A stretch of 64,000 bases of DNA from an uncultured bacterium (GCA_963783355.1 CAWANF010000013.1:72158-136157), one strand, 5' to 3'. Shown: positions 19,146 to 29,773, counted from the stretch's first letter. Notes: generated by a model not told the origin, from the sequence alone. Numbers and translations: made by a program.

Positions 19146-20291
19146 TTACACAAAAGTAAAAGCATGTTCCAAATCAGCAATTAAATCTTCGACATCTTCA
19201 ATGCCTACTGAAAGACGGATTAATGAATCTTTCAATCCAGCTTTTTCCCGAACATCCTTTGGAATAGATGCGTGAGTCATTGAAGCCGGATGAGAAATGA
19301 GGGATTCTACTCCGCCTAAACTTTCAGCCAATGTAAAAAAGTGGGTATGCTTCATGAATTCATGGGCTTTCTCTATAGAGTCGTCTTTCAGTGAAAAGGA
19401 AGCCATGGCGCCGAAATCTCTCATCTGTTTTGCAGCGATAGCATGCTGTGGATGCGATTTCAGTCCCGGGTATCGTACTTGTCCCACTTTGGGATGTTTT
19501 GAAAGATAATCGACAATTTCTTTGGCATTTTCACAGGCCCTTTGAACACGGACATGCAGTGTTTTTACCCCACGCAATGTCAAATAGGAATCCATCGGCC
19601 CGGGAACAGCACCCGTTGTCTTGACCTGGAATCGTGCATTTTCCATAATTTCACTATTTGAACTGCAAATAGCTCCGCCAATTACGTCGGAGTGGCCACC
19701 GATGTATTTAGTTGTTGAATGCACCACCGCGTCGGCTCCTAATGCCAATGGATTCTGCAGATAGGGCGAAGCAAACGTGTTATCGACAGCAGTAAGTATT
19801 TTCTTGCCGCGGGCAATATCGGTGACAGCCTTAATATCGACAATATTTAATAATGGATTGGTCGGTGTCTCTATCCAGATGAGACGCGTTTTATTGGTCG
19901 CTGCTTTTTCCACATTTTCAGCTATGGTCATATCGATAAAACTAAATTCTATGCCATAGGGGGCAAAGACCTGTGTGAAGAGGCGATAGGTTCCACCATA
20001 AAGATCGTTGGAGGCTATGACATGATCACCGGGGCGAAGCATTTTGAGCATGGCATCCATAGCCCCACAACCACTTGAATAACATGCACATTCATCTGCA
20101 CCTTCCAGTCCTGCCAATAACTTTTCCAAAGCGGTTCTGGTTGGATTTCCTACGCGTGCATAATCGTAACCTTTATTAACATTTGGAGCTTCCTGTGCAT
20201 AAGTAGAAGTCTGAAATATCGGTGGCATGACTGCTCCCGATGTCTCTTCAGGTTTTTGGCCGGCATGAATGGCCTTGGTATTAAATTTCAT
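19146..20291 (-). CDS. Cys/Met-metabolism PLP enzyme (cystathionine gamma-synthase / beta-lyase / gamma-lyase family)
   Basis: 381 aa with 'STTKYIGGHSD' (PLP-lysine region) and a family-typical N- and C-terminus. The exact reaction cannot be assigned from sequence alone. Confidence 0.88.
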   Translation of the reverse strand: MKFNTKAIHAGQKPEETSGAVMPPIFQTSTYAQEAPNVNKGYDYARVGNPTRTALEKLLAGLEGADECACYSSGCGAMDAMLKMLRPGDHVIASNDLYGGTYRLFTQVFAPYGIEFSFIDMTIAENVEKAATNKTRLIWIETPTNPLLNIVDIKAVTDIARGKKILTAVDNTFASPYLQNPLALGADAVVHSTTKYIGGHSDVIGGAICSSNSEIMENARFQVKTTGAVPGPMDSYLTLRGVKTLHVRVQRACENAKEIVDYLSKHPKVGQVRYPGLKSHPQHAIAAKQMRDFGAMASFSLKDDSIEKAHEFMKHTHFFTLAESLGGVESLISHPASMTHASIPKDVREKAGLKDSLIRLSVGIEDVEDLIADLEHAFTFV

Positions 20292-20343
20292 AATATGTAC
20301 TTCATTAATAATTTGGAATAAACAGTATTGTCATAAAGTAAAA

Positions 20344-20371
20344 AAGCTCATCCACAATTGTGAATGAGCTT
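20344..20371 (-). terminator. putative intrinsic terminator after TPR lipoprotein gene
   Basis: AAGCTCAT..ATGAGCTT hairpin, followed on the minus strand by TTTTT, 10 nt past the stop codon. Confidence 0.6.
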
Positions 20372-20380
20372 TTAAAAATG

Positions 20381-21679
20381 TCATGTTTTTAATTTCTTTT
20401 CCAACACGGCCGCTTTGTCTTTCATTCCCAGATAAATATAGGTTTTATAAAGGGCCTTCATCAGGTTGGTGTTATCAGGTTCTTTATTAGAGACAACTTC
20501 AAGATAGGGGACCGCTTTATGCAGCAAATCGTGTGCGGTGCCGTCATAAAGGTCAGCCAGTTTTTTATCCCGGATGACATCCATGATTTTTAAATAGTAC
20601 GTACCCGTATTTTGATACATGGTACCAAGGGCGTAATCAATACTGCTGTTCGTGGAATCAATCGTTTGTGCTTTCAAAAGATTGGTCTCGGCATGATTGA
20701 AATATGTTTTGGCCTTGTTTTCAATAACATCTGCAGAATCACTTAATGCAGTTAAATTACTATCGGCCGATACCTGATTTTTGCCAGTGGCAGAGTCATA
20801 AATATTTTTTCGAATTTGATACAATTCTTCAAAATAACTTTGACTGATATTGAAAAGCTGCACACCGTAAGCTAACAGGTAATTTGAATTGTTAACATCA
20901 TTCTCCAGGAGATGGTTTAATAAGTCGGCGGCTTTTTCATGTTCACCGTTGGCCAGATAAGCATTGGCCAGTCCATGTAGCAGATTGATATTTCCCGGTT
21001 CATCCTGAAGAGCTTCTTTATAAGTATCAATCGCATGATCAAATTGCTGGTTTTCCAGGTAAAGGAAAGCCAAACGGGTGATATCTTTCTGGGTATGACT
21101 GTTATTATCGAATGAAACCGCCGTTTCCATTGAAGATATGGCATTGTTCATTTCTCCGAGTTTGTAATAAACTTCAGCTTTGGCATCATAGGTAATGCCG
21201 CTGTCCGGTTCTATCACATTTGCATTTTCAAGATGCTGTAATGAGAGCTCAAGCTGCTGGCGGCTGCCGGTACTGTCATTCTTAAGAATGGAGACCCCGT
21301 CATTATGTTCTTTGGCCCATGCTTTTGACAGGATATTATCAATCTTACCGTAGTTGTCTGAACTTGTCTTTGATTGCGATTTATAAAGTTTCTTAGCTTT
21401 AATAAGGGCATCACGCATCTCGGAGAACAGGGGTTTTCTGTCGGATGGCCGGGATTGCTGCACGGCCATTTTATCCAGAATAGAACCTTTGTAGAAGTAA
21501 GCGTCGGGGTTGACCGGATTTTTCTTGATTGAATTCTCAATCGAATTCAGCGCCTGCGAGTAGTCTTGTTGATCCAGGTTTAATTTTGTTGCCTGGGTCG
21601 TTGGCTTATTCGTTTGACATCCAAAAAATAACCCGAAGGCAAGAATAAATCCTGCCATTCGGGTAGTAAACTTTATCAT
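20381..21679 (-). CDS. TPR-repeat lipoprotein
   Basis: 432 aa with lipobox 'FFGC' and multiple TPR-like repeats. Paralog of the next gene. Confidence 0.75.
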   Translation of the reverse strand: MIKFTTRMAGFILAFGLFFGCQTNKPTTQATKLNLDQQDYSQALNSIENSIKKNPVNPDAYFYKGSILDKMAVQQSRPSDRKPLFSEMRDALIKAKKLYKSQSKTSSDNYGKIDNILSKAWAKEHNDGVSILKNDSTGSRQQLELSLQHLENANVIEPDSGITYDAKAEVYYKLGEMNNAISSMETAVSFDNNSHTQKDITRLAFLYLENQQFDHAIDTYKEALQDEPGNINLLHGLANAYLANGEHEKAADLLNHLLENDVNNSNYLLAYGVQLFNISQSYFEELYQIRKNIYDSATGKNQVSADSNLTALSDSADVIENKAKTYFNHAETNLLKAQTIDSTNSSIDYALGTMYQNTGTYYLKIMDVIRDKKLADLYDGTAHDLLHKAVPYLEVVSNKEPDNTNLMKALYKTYIYLGMKDKAAVLEKKLKT

Positions 21680-21714
21680 ATAAAAATGATGCTTAATTGT
21701 TTATGGGAACGATA

Positions 21715-23034
21715 TTAATTGCCCAAACCAGCTTTTTTCATAGCTTCGGCTGCTTTCTCTTTCATACCGAGCGTAGTATATACTTTGAATAAAGACTGCC
21801 AGTAACCTTGATTGTTCGGTTCAAGTTCGGTTGCCTTTTCGTAATATGGTAAAGTATCTTTCAGAACTTGTTTGGCTTCTTTATCGTATTCTGCAGCTTT
21901 TTTATTGTCATCAGTATTATTCCGTTTTTGGAACAATGCAGCTGCTTTATTTTGATAAATAACCCCCAGCGTGTGATAAGCCGTAGCATCTTTCGGGCGA
22001 AGCTCAATCGTTTTTTTCAATTGAACTTCTGCTTTAGAGGTCAAATCGTCGATATTTGATTGAAGAGAATCGTTGGATGCCGACAGACTGTTAATCTCAG
22101 ATTTCAGCTCTTGCTCTTTACTCTTATTCGATGTCTTATTCAGATCCTGTTTCAGGTTGAATATCTTATCGTAATTCGAGTTCAGTTTATTATTCATGTC
22201 GAGTACGAGTTTATAGAGCTCGGTACCGTAAACCAAACGATATTGTGGGTTATTCGGATCGTTTTCAATGAGGCCCTGAACCGCTTTAATCGCGTTTTGG
22301 GTATCATTCAACGCTAAATACGAATTAGCAAGTTGCTGAACAATTTTGACGTTATCGGGATACATCTTCTGAGCTTTTTTCAATAAGTTGACCGCTTCTT
22401 TCGGCTTTTTATCGATATTATAGAAAGTAGCAAGTCTCAGATAGGTGTTGACGTCAGATTTTGGGTCAATTTTGATGACATTTTCCAAAGTTTGTTCGGC
22501 GGCAGGTAAATCTTTCTTCATATTGTAAACTTCGGCAAGTACGTCATACGATATAACACTGTCGGGCTCAATGATGGTAGCGTTTTTCAGATGGGCAACA
22601 GCTTTATTAAGATTTTCAGGTGTACGGGTGCTGTCGCTGCTGACTAACTTGATGGCATTGTTATGTTCGTTGGTCCAAAGTCTTTGTGTTTCCAAATTCA
22701 TCAACATCTCTTCCTTGGGAGCTTTTTCTTCTTTGGAAAAGAGGGTCTTGGCATGGTCGAAAGCCTGCATCATCTCTTTGTAATCACTGGTGCGATCAGA
22801 AGGCTTTGCTTTGCTTTCAGCCATTTTAGAAAGGGTATATCCCTTATAATAGTAAGCTATTGCGCTAGTGGAATCTTGCTTGATTGCAGCTTCTGCAGCT
22901 TCCAGAGCTTTTTGGTAATCATTATTTTTTAAATTCAGCTTCGCCGTTTCGATATTAGGATCGGAACCCTGACAAGCATAGAACATAAAAACAGATACCA
23001 GAGCTGTTAAAGAATATCTTAAAAATTTTCTCAT
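21715..23034 (-). CDS. TPR-repeat lipoprotein (paralog)
   Basis: 439 aa with lipobox 'MFYAC'. The N-terminal 120 aa are collinear with the previous gene ('KLNL..DY.KAL......IK......AY.YKG..L.KMA....PSDR'). Confidence 0.75.
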   Translation of the reverse strand: MRKFLRYSLTALVSVFMFYACQGSDPNIETAKLNLKNNDYQKALEAAEAAIKQDSTSAIAYYYKGYTLSKMAESKAKPSDRTSDYKEMMQAFDHAKTLFSKEEKAPKEEMLMNLETQRLWTNEHNNAIKLVSSDSTRTPENLNKAVAHLKNATIIEPDSVISYDVLAEVYNMKKDLPAAEQTLENVIKIDPKSDVNTYLRLATFYNIDKKPKEAVNLLKKAQKMYPDNVKIVQQLANSYLALNDTQNAIKAVQGLIENDPNNPQYRLVYGTELYKLVLDMNNKLNSNYDKIFNLKQDLNKTSNKSKEQELKSEINSLSASNDSLQSNIDDLTSKAEVQLKKTIELRPKDATAYHTLGVIYQNKAAALFQKRNNTDDNKKAAEYDKEAKQVLKDTLPYYEKATELEPNNQGYWQSLFKVYTTLGMKEKAAEAMKKAGLGN

Positions 23035-23176
23035 AATCCTGGGAGAATGTTGTATTCAGTTATTTATTACAGTTTTTTTGATATTAGAAGGTAACTATAC
23101 GATAAACTTTCTGCAATATATTTATGTTTTCATATCTTAGCATAATGCGGCTTATTCGATAGTTTATCAAAAATAA

Positions 23177-24058
23177 ATGCCCAGAAGTTGTATCTTATTC
23201 TCTATGTTTTCTAATACATCTTATCCAGTTGTTCAAACTGAAAATTTTCGATACGTATTTGTCGAAGGGAAGGGCTATTCCGATACGCCTTTGGTGATGT
23301 TGCACGGCTTGTTTGGCGGCTTAAGCAATTTCGATCATTTGATTAGTTTAGTTGGGCGAAGCCGGGATATCATTGTGCCTGAAATGCCGCTTTATAAGTT
23401 GGACAATGTGGATTACACTGTTCCGGAGTTAACCCGTTGGGTTATAGAGAATGTCATAACCGGTCTCGGTTTAGGGAAAGTGATTCTGCTGGGGAATTCC
23501 CTTGGCGGACATATTGCTATGGATTGTGCGGTTCTACGCCCGGATTTAGTCAAAGGCCTTATTTTAACGGGGAGTTCGGGTTTGTTTGAAGACGGATTTG
23601 GCTGCTCCCGCCCAAAAAGATTCGATCGTAACTATATACGTGAGAGAGCAGCAATGACATTTTACGATTATAATGTGGAAGAAGATATGGTCGACGAGAT
23701 TCAGTCTATTTTGAGAAACAGAAAAAAGCTGTCGAAGCTGGTTAAAATTGCGCGTTCGGCCCGTGAATACAATATGAGCTCTAATCTCAGGAAGATTATC
23801 CAGCCTTGTTTGTTGATTTGGGGGCGCAATGACCTGATTACTCCGCCCGCCGTTGCCTTAGCATTGATGAACGGGTTACCCAATGCCCGTCTGAAATGGA
23901 TAGATCAATGCGGGCATGCTCCGATGATGGAAAAACCACTGGATTTTGTTCGTACAGTATCCGATTTTCTGGGGGAAATAGAATCAACTGTTTTGAATGG
24001 GTTTACACGAATTTCACAAATAGATAAAAAATATGAGCGACAAGAAAGTTATTCATAG
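23177..24058 (+). CDS. alpha/beta-fold hydrolase
   Basis: 293 aa with 'HGLFGG', nucleophile elbow 'GNSLGG' and C-terminal 'CGHAPMME'. The true start may be the internal Met at codon 10. Confidence 0.8.
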   Translation: MPRSCILFSMFSNTSYPVVQTENFRYVFVEGKGYSDTPLVMLHGLFGGLSNFDHLISLVGRSRDIIVPEMPLYKLDNVDYTVPELTRWVIENVITGLGLGKVILLGNSLGGHIAMDCAVLRPDLVKGLILTGSSGLFEDGFGCSRPKRFDRNYIRERAAMTFYDYNVEEDMVDEIQSILRNRKKLSKLVKIARSAREYNMSSNLRKIIQPCLLIWGRNDLITPPAVALALMNGLPNARLKWIDQCGHAPMMEKPLDFVRTVSDFLGEIESTVLNGFTRISQIDKKYERQESYS

Positions 24059-24416
24059 CGATAACGCCCCGGCGGCCATTGGTCCCTACAGCCAGGCCAT
24101 TGTATCTAATGGCATGGTTTATTGTTCCGGACAAATTGGGTTAAATGCCTCTGATGGTTCATTGGCCGGTAATGATATTGAAACACAGACCCGCCAGGTT
24201 ATGAAAAACCTGGGTGAAGTACTGAAGGCAGCCGGTTCCGGATTTGATAAAGTTGTGAAGTGTTCAATATTTTTGGCAGATATGGGTGACTTCGCCGTCG
24301 TCAATGCAATTTATGGTGAATATTTCCAGGTTGATCCGCCAGCCCGGGAAACGGTGGCCGTGAGAACATTACCTAAAAATGTATTGGTGGAAATCAGCTG
24401 TATTGCAAGCGTTTAG
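24033..24416 (+). CDS. ridA: RidA/YjgF-family reactive-intermediate deaminase
   Basis: 127 aa with 'AIGPYSQA', 'SGQIGL', 'ARETVAV..LP' and 'VEISCIA'. Confidence 0.9.
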   Translation: MSDKKVIHSDNAPAAIGPYSQAIVSNGMVYCSGQIGLNASDGSLAGNDIETQTRQVMKNLGEVLKAAGSGFDKVVKCSIFLADMGDFAVVNAIYGEYFQVDPPARETVAVRTLPKNVLVEISCIASV

Positions 24417-24438
24417 AAAACGATTCGCTGCTTTTCTC

Positions 24439-25869
24439 TCAGTTAATCATTCCGCTGCGCCAGTCTTCTACTTTCGTCACGTCAGAACGTTCGTACATCA
24501 TATTCCTTTTGAGAACATAATGTTCAAAAGGAAAATAACCCGATAGATTTCGAACACGAACAAAATAGAAAACTCCGGATATATCATCCATAGAATGCGA
24601 ATAATACCAGGCCATTCCATCCGGACCTTTTTCGACATATGAGGGCGGGCCGTATAAAATATATACCATGCCCGGATCCGTTTTCCATCCTTCTTTATAC
24701 GTGCTGAATAGCATGTTCGCTTCTTCTACGCGACTGTAATAGCTAGAAATAACTGATCTTGCGAGATTTTTATTGGCTATGATCTTACCCCAAAAAGAAT
24801 CAAATGCTGATTTTAAAGTGTCGGTATTAAGGCTTTTTATCAGTTTTTTATATTCTTTTGGATATGCAATGTAAACAACAGCTTCCGCAAGCTGTTTTAA
24901 TGTGGTGAGTCGCGGATAGGCAGGCCCTTTGATTGAAAAGTCCCTGGATTTTGCAAAATTCAGATAAGGATCCGGTGATTTGCCTAAAACCTGGATACGA
25001 TAGTTTCCTTCTGTCAGTTTAGGCATCGTGAAATCGACTTCAGGAGAACCCGTAATACCGGAATAATTTCTAAAAGACTTTTGCAGGGTATCAGCTTTTC
25101 TGAAATCGATTCCCCGATACTCAATACTGGCTGGATTTGGAGTAAGATATTGAGGCGGCCTGGCCGGCATCGTATCCGATTTAAATTTTAACAGGTACAT
25201 CGTCACTTTTAAATCGTTGTCCGATTTCTTCAAAAACATTTGCATCGAGGCTTTCAAAGAATCCATTCCTTCCCCAATATTGTAGGTTACCAGGGGTTGG
25301 AATTTATCGGGACGCCCTTCATAGGAAGGAAACTTTCCTTCTAACTGGATGCCGCTGGTAGCAATAGACTTTGCGTTCAGGTCAGGGATATAAGTAGAGG
25401 TTCGGTTATAAGCCGATTTGCTTGAGTTATCATCAGTAACATTGGCTTCAATCAGATACTTGCCTGGTTCTGTGATATAACTTGCTTTAAAAGCATATAC
25501 CGCATATCCCTTCGTCTCTTTGTAACTGGGAACATCTATTTCTTTGGTGTACGATTTCAGAAACTGTTTCTTATCCCCATCGGTTTTTTTGATGCTCAGC
25601 GTAATATCAAATTTGGCATAGTACGTGCCTTTCCCATTGTTAGCTTTAAATATGAGATTACTGTATGGCAAATTAAGGTACACATGAATAGCCGGAATCT
25701 GATTGCTGCTGTATAATCCTATGGCTCCGATATTGAAATTGGGTAATCCTGGAACATAGGTTTCTATATTCCCGACATCTTCATTAGCATAATTCGATGT
25801 TTTACATCCGGTTAAGCCCCCGAATGCAAGGATTATCAGCAGAAGAATATTACGAGTGGAAGTCGTCAT
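24439..25869 (-). CDS. GWxTD-domain lipoprotein
   Basis: 476 aa with lipobox 'LTGC'. C-terminal 'GWKTDPGMVYILYGPPSYVE' is the GWxTD motif. Confidence 0.8.
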   Translation of the reverse strand: MTTSTRNILLLIILAFGGLTGCKTSNYANEDVGNIETYVPGLPNFNIGAIGLYSSNQIPAIHVYLNLPYSNLIFKANNGKGTYYAKFDITLSIKKTDGDKKQFLKSYTKEIDVPSYKETKGYAVYAFKASYITEPGKYLIEANVTDDNSSKSAYNRTSTYIPDLNAKSIATSGIQLEGKFPSYEGRPDKFQPLVTYNIGEGMDSLKASMQMFLKKSDNDLKVTMYLLKFKSDTMPARPPQYLTPNPASIEYRGIDFRKADTLQKSFRNYSGITGSPEVDFTMPKLTEGNYRIQVLGKSPDPYLNFAKSRDFSIKGPAYPRLTTLKQLAEAVVYIAYPKEYKKLIKSLNTDTLKSAFDSFWGKIIANKNLARSVISSYYSRVEEANMLFSTYKEGWKTDPGMVYILYGPPSYVEKGPDGMAWYYSHSMDDISGVFYFVRVRNLSGYFPFEHYVLKRNMMYERSDVTKVEDWRSGMIN

Positions 25870-25870
25870 T

Positions 25871-27841
25871 TCATTTTTTTACCGTGTATGTAGCTTCTGT
25901 GTGGTTCCCTGCTTGATCAAAAACAACTATTTTCAATGTATCAATTTTTTCCGGTACGAACGAGGGTCGGTAATATGTTAAATGATGTGACTCAGGATCA
26001 TATTCGGCAATCCCTCTTATATCATTACAATAAAATTTCGCTTTCCTAAAAGCAATATCGGAAAGATTATCTAATACTTTTACAGATGCTACCCATTTCC
26101 CGTCACTTCGCCTGTAAATTCTTGGGTGGCTTATTTCCGGAGGAATGGTGTCCTGTAGAATATAATAATTGCCAAATGCTTTGACCTCGCCAATTAAATT
26201 ATTCTTATTCATCATACTTGGTTGATATTCAAATCGGCCATGATGGGCATTGTAGGAATAAAAAGCTAACCCTTTTAGGCTCGCTTGCTCGGTATCGAGG
26301 TGATAATTGAGTGTGATATGAGAATGAATGGGTTCATCTTCGGGGCCTGTTTGAATTACCGGTAGTCCTTTTCTGTTATGATGATCGATAAAAACTGATA
26401 GCGTATCATAAACGGTTTTTGGACGAAAAGTGACTTCGAGTTTTTGATCAGGTGTGTTGATTACCGATTCTTTGCCGGGATAAACACGATGGAGTAATAG
26501 TTCGTGATGATCTCTGAATTTAAATAACAAAGGATACGGGGTGTTTAAATTTATTCCTTCATTTCGGGAGACCTGCGAATATACTTCAGAAACAGGGTCT
26601 CCGGGTTTTAATTCAACAACCTGCAAATCATGTAAGGATTCGGAAGGGCTCACCCAGTCTTCCGACCAATACCAACCATTGATATCGCGATTGGTAAAAC
26701 TGGCATTTTCGATGGATGGTTTTTTTGCAAGGGTTTTATTATCGGGAGTTGGTATTTCCTTTTGTGGAGCATTAACGACCAATCGTACCGTCGCTTTACT
26801 GGTATTCCCGAAATAATCGGATGCGATGATCTCGAATGTGTACGTTCCTTTAGGCAGATTAATGACACCGCGGTTTTTAGTCTGAATATAAAAAGGCAGA
26901 GTATTGCCGTCTTTCAGATATAATCGTTGAAATCCTTCACCATTTCTCCGGATTATTGGATAAACACGATCCAGATTTAATTGATCCGTGTTACTGTAGG
27001 AGAAACTGTCTATTTTCGAATGAAAGTAAACAGTTTTGCCAAGCTTCAGGTATAATTGATATACAGCGAATTCATTGTGAACATGATCTGCTTTGTCATA
27101 GTTGTTCACCCCCAATCCAATAGCTCCGCTGACATGAACGGTTCCGAAGGAATAGTTTTTACCGGTTCTATACGCCCTTTTGATCAATATATGTTTGCGG
27201 CCGTTGACGAGTGAATTTTGATTGATTGGTTCCACCGATAATGCCAAAATTCGTGGGCGGGTATGATCTTCAACCTTTAAATTGGTATCAAATGGATTGA
27301 ATGGACTTTCGGTGGGAGTGCGCAACTCAAAATGTAAATGGGGCGGACCGATTCCGGAAGATCCGGTGTAACCAATGACATCCCCCTTTTTAAAATGGAT
27401 ATTGTAACTGGTTACTATTTTATCGAAATCAAAAGTATAGTTAATCATTCTTAAGGAGTCGACCAAATGTCTGATTTGATGGTTGAAATCCCGAAGATGG
27501 GCGTACACCGAAAATGAGCCGTCTTTGTGTCTGAGATACACCACGTTTCCATAACCTATGGGTCCGGTCCTGACTCTGTATAAAATTCCATTTCGGGTTG
27601 CGAAAACTTTGAAACCCTTTCGTCCCCAGGTTTTTATATCGAGCCCGGCGTGAAAATGATTGGGCCTTGTCTCACCGAATGATGATGTCATATCATGGCT
27701 GGCGTCGGTAGGCCACAGGTATGTAGTTCCGGGAGAAAGAAAGGATAATTTTTGTTGTGCCTGGGTGATCCGGGGAATTAAGCTTATTAAAAGAAATATG
27801 GAAAACAGGATAGAAGAATTACGGAGATGATGAAAATTCAT
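25871..27841 (-). CDS. M23-family metallopeptidase with large C-terminal extension
   Basis: 656 aa with a signal peptide. Carries 'HFHAGLDI' and 'GPPHLHFE' (the HxxxD / HxH zinc motifs of M23). Confidence 0.85.
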   Translation of the reverse strand: MNFHHLRNSSILFSIFLLISLIPRITQAQQKLSFLSPGTTYLWPTDASHDMTSSFGETRPNHFHAGLDIKTWGRKGFKVFATRNGILYRVRTGPIGYGNVVYLRHKDGSFSVYAHLRDFNHQIRHLVDSLRMINYTFDFDKIVTSYNIHFKKGDVIGYTGSSGIGPPHLHFELRTPTESPFNPFDTNLKVEDHTRPRILALSVEPINQNSLVNGRKHILIKRAYRTGKNYSFGTVHVSGAIGLGVNNYDKADHVHNEFAVYQLYLKLGKTVYFHSKIDSFSYSNTDQLNLDRVYPIIRRNGEGFQRLYLKDGNTLPFYIQTKNRGVINLPKGTYTFEIIASDYFGNTSKATVRLVVNAPQKEIPTPDNKTLAKKPSIENASFTNRDINGWYWSEDWVSPSESLHDLQVVELKPGDPVSEVYSQVSRNEGINLNTPYPLLFKFRDHHELLLHRVYPGKESVINTPDQKLEVTFRPKTVYDTLSVFIDHHNRKGLPVIQTGPEDEPIHSHITLNYHLDTEQASLKGLAFYSYNAHHGRFEYQPSMMNKNNLIGEVKAFGNYYILQDTIPPEISHPRIYRRSDGKWVASVKVLDNLSDIAFRKAKFYCNDIRGIAEYDPESHHLTYYRPSFVPEKIDTLKIVVFDQAGNHTEATYTVKK

Positions 27842-27984
27842 TAAACGGGGTAGTTTTAGAGATTACAGAATCAGGATAAATTAGCATATCCCGGGAGACA
27901 CATTGAACCTAAAGATTTAAAAAAATCCTTGCAGAGCCAAACGAAATTCTGCTATCAGATAAAAAAGTCAGGACTTTTTTTTAA

Positions 27985-28644
27985 TTACTCGACATTGACA
28001 TGTAAAGATGTCAAATGGTCTCCCAATGTGGCTTCTAAAACATCTCCGGAATAGAGTGGACCAACTCCCTGAGGAGTTCCAGTAAAAATTAAATCGCCGG
28101 GACTCAGTGTGAAATAATTGGATACCCGGGAAATCAAGGTAGGAATAGAGAATATCATGTCACGGGTATTTCCTTCCTGCCTCGTTTCTCCATTGATTTG
28201 GAGGTTGAACGAAAGGTTGCTGATATCCGTGACTTGTGCAGCTTCAATAAAGTTGCTGATAGGAGCGAAGGTATCAAATCCTTTTGCTGTAGCCCATGGA
28301 AGTGATTTCTCTTTAGCTTGTTGTTGAATATCTCTTGCTGTCACGTCAATACCAATACCGTAACCATCGATATGGCTGAGAGCTTCTTCAACCGGGATGT
28401 TTTTCCCCCCTTCACCGATTGCTACAACAATTTCGGTTTCGTAGTGTACTTCGTGACTTTCGCGCGGGAGGATAATCGTATCATCAGAATAGATGATAGA
28501 AGTTATGGGCTTGATGAAGATAACCGGATTTTTTGGCACAGGATTATTTAACTCCCGTGCATGTTCAAGGTAGTTTCTCCCAATGCAAAAAATGGTATTG
28601 ATATGCAGACGTTTTTTCAGTCCGGGAACAACAGTATTCATCAT
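27985..28644 (-). CDS. fumarylacetoacetate hydrolase (FAH) family protein
   Basis: 219 aa with 'IFCIGRNY..H', 'HYETEIVV' and 'GDLIFTGTPQGVG'. Confidence 0.88.
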   Translation of the reverse strand: MMNTVVPGLKKRLHINTIFCIGRNYLEHARELNNPVPKNPVIFIKPITSIIYSDDTIILPRESHEVHYETEIVVAIGEGGKNIPVEEALSHIDGYGIGIDVTARDIQQQAKEKSLPWATAKGFDTFAPISNFIEAAQVTDISNLSFNLQINGETRQEGNTRDMIFSIPTLISRVSNYFTLSPGDLIFTGTPQGVGPLYSGDVLEATLGDHLTSLHVNVE

Positions 28645-28659
28645 GAGCTAATAGTAAAA

Positions 28660-28694
28660 CAAAAAAAGCCTTAATGCAATGAGCAATAAGGCCT
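28660..28694 (-). terminator. intrinsic terminator after rpmA
   Basis: GCCTTA..TAAGGC hairpin, followed on the minus strand by a T7-8 run, about 27 nt past the L27 stop. Confidence 0.65.
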
Positions 28695-28720
28695 TGAATA
28701 AAATTTAATATATCCTTGTA

Positions 28721-28975
28721 TCAGGATGGATCGATGTGTATAAACTTTCGTTCATTTTTACCGGTCGTAAACCGCACAGTACCATTAATTTTGGCAAATA
28801 TGGTGTAGTCATTTCCAATCCCGACATTTTTACCGGGATGGAATTTGGTTCCGCGTTGTCTGACGATAATATTACCGGCCAATACAGACTGACCACCAAA
28901 TTTTTTTACGCCAAGTCGTTTCGATTCGGAATCGCGACCGTTTTTGGTAGATCCACCACCTTTTTTGTGAGCCAT
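28721..28975 (-). CDS. rpmA: 50S ribosomal protein L27
   Basis: 84 aa beginning '[24 protein letters not shown]'. Confidence 0.97.
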   Translation of the reverse strand: MAHKKGGGSTKNGRDSESKRLGVKKFGGQSVLAGNIIVRQRGTKFHPGKNVGIGNDYTIFAKINGTVRFTTGKNERKFIHIDPS

Positions 28976-29001
28976 AACTTATGCCGTTTAAAAATTGTTA
29001 A

Positions 29002-29316
29002 TTATGCAGATACTTTGTCAATTCGAATTTGTGTCATGTGCTGACGATGGCCGTTACGGACCTGATAGCCTTTACGACGTTTTTTCTTGAAGACAATCAA
29101 TTTTTCTGATTTGACATGATCGAGTACAGTTGCCTCAACCTTTGCCCCGTCAACGACAGGAGAGCCAACGCTCACTTTACCTTTGTCATCCGAAACGAGT
29201 AAAATGCGGTCGATGTTTAATTTGTCATCTACCGACTTATCCTGTTTTGCAACACAAATTACGTCGTTTTCGGCAACTTTGTATTGATGTCCACCAATTT
29301 CTATAATTGCGTACAT
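29002..29316 (-). CDS. rplU: 50S ribosomal protein L21
   Basis: The ORF track runs to 29376, but the conserved N-terminus 'MYAIIEIGGHQYKV' starts at the ATG at 29316. Confidence 0.95.
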   Translation of the reverse strand: MYAIIEIGGHQYKVAENDVICVAKQDKSVDDKLNIDRILLVSDDKGKVSVGSPVVDGAKVEATVLDHVKSEKLIVFKKKRRKGYQVRNGHRQHMTQIRIDKVSA

Positions 29317-29490
29317 GTTAATCGTGCGAACTATGCTGAAAATTTGAATTTTATTTAGACTCCAAATATAAGGCAAAGTTTTAATATTTCAAAAATATCA
29401 AACAGTATTTTAAACAGCTGCCTACCTTTTTTTTTACTATATTTATCAGCAAAAATCAGATAATACAAAATTATTTAACGGGAGAAAGTG

Positions 29491-29670
29491 ATGAGAGAAT
29501 TACCCGATTTACATAAATCTGCATTTGTTTATAAAAACAAGAAAAGACTACAGCACGATGGCGGAAGAGCCTGGATTAAAGACTCGCAACTTCACAATGC
29601 GGTACAGGGAACCACAACCTGGGTTGAAACAGCCAGGAAACAAGAGGCCGAAGTAAAAGAAAAGGCTTGA
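29491..29670 (+). CDS. hypothetical small protein (59 aa)
   Basis: Isolated ORF in the rplU/thioredoxin intergenic region, preceded by GGGAGA. No homology recognised; may be spurious. Confidence 0.25.
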   Translation: MRELPDLHKSAFVYKNKKRLQHDGGRAWIKDSQLHNAVQGTTTWVETARKQEAEVKEKA

Positions 29671-29773
29671 TTTAACCTGCTATTCTTACCGGTTCTGTTG
29701 ATATTACAAACGGAATTCATCTAACAGAGTTATATTATATAATTACTATTTGATTTAATTTTTTAACAAGTAT

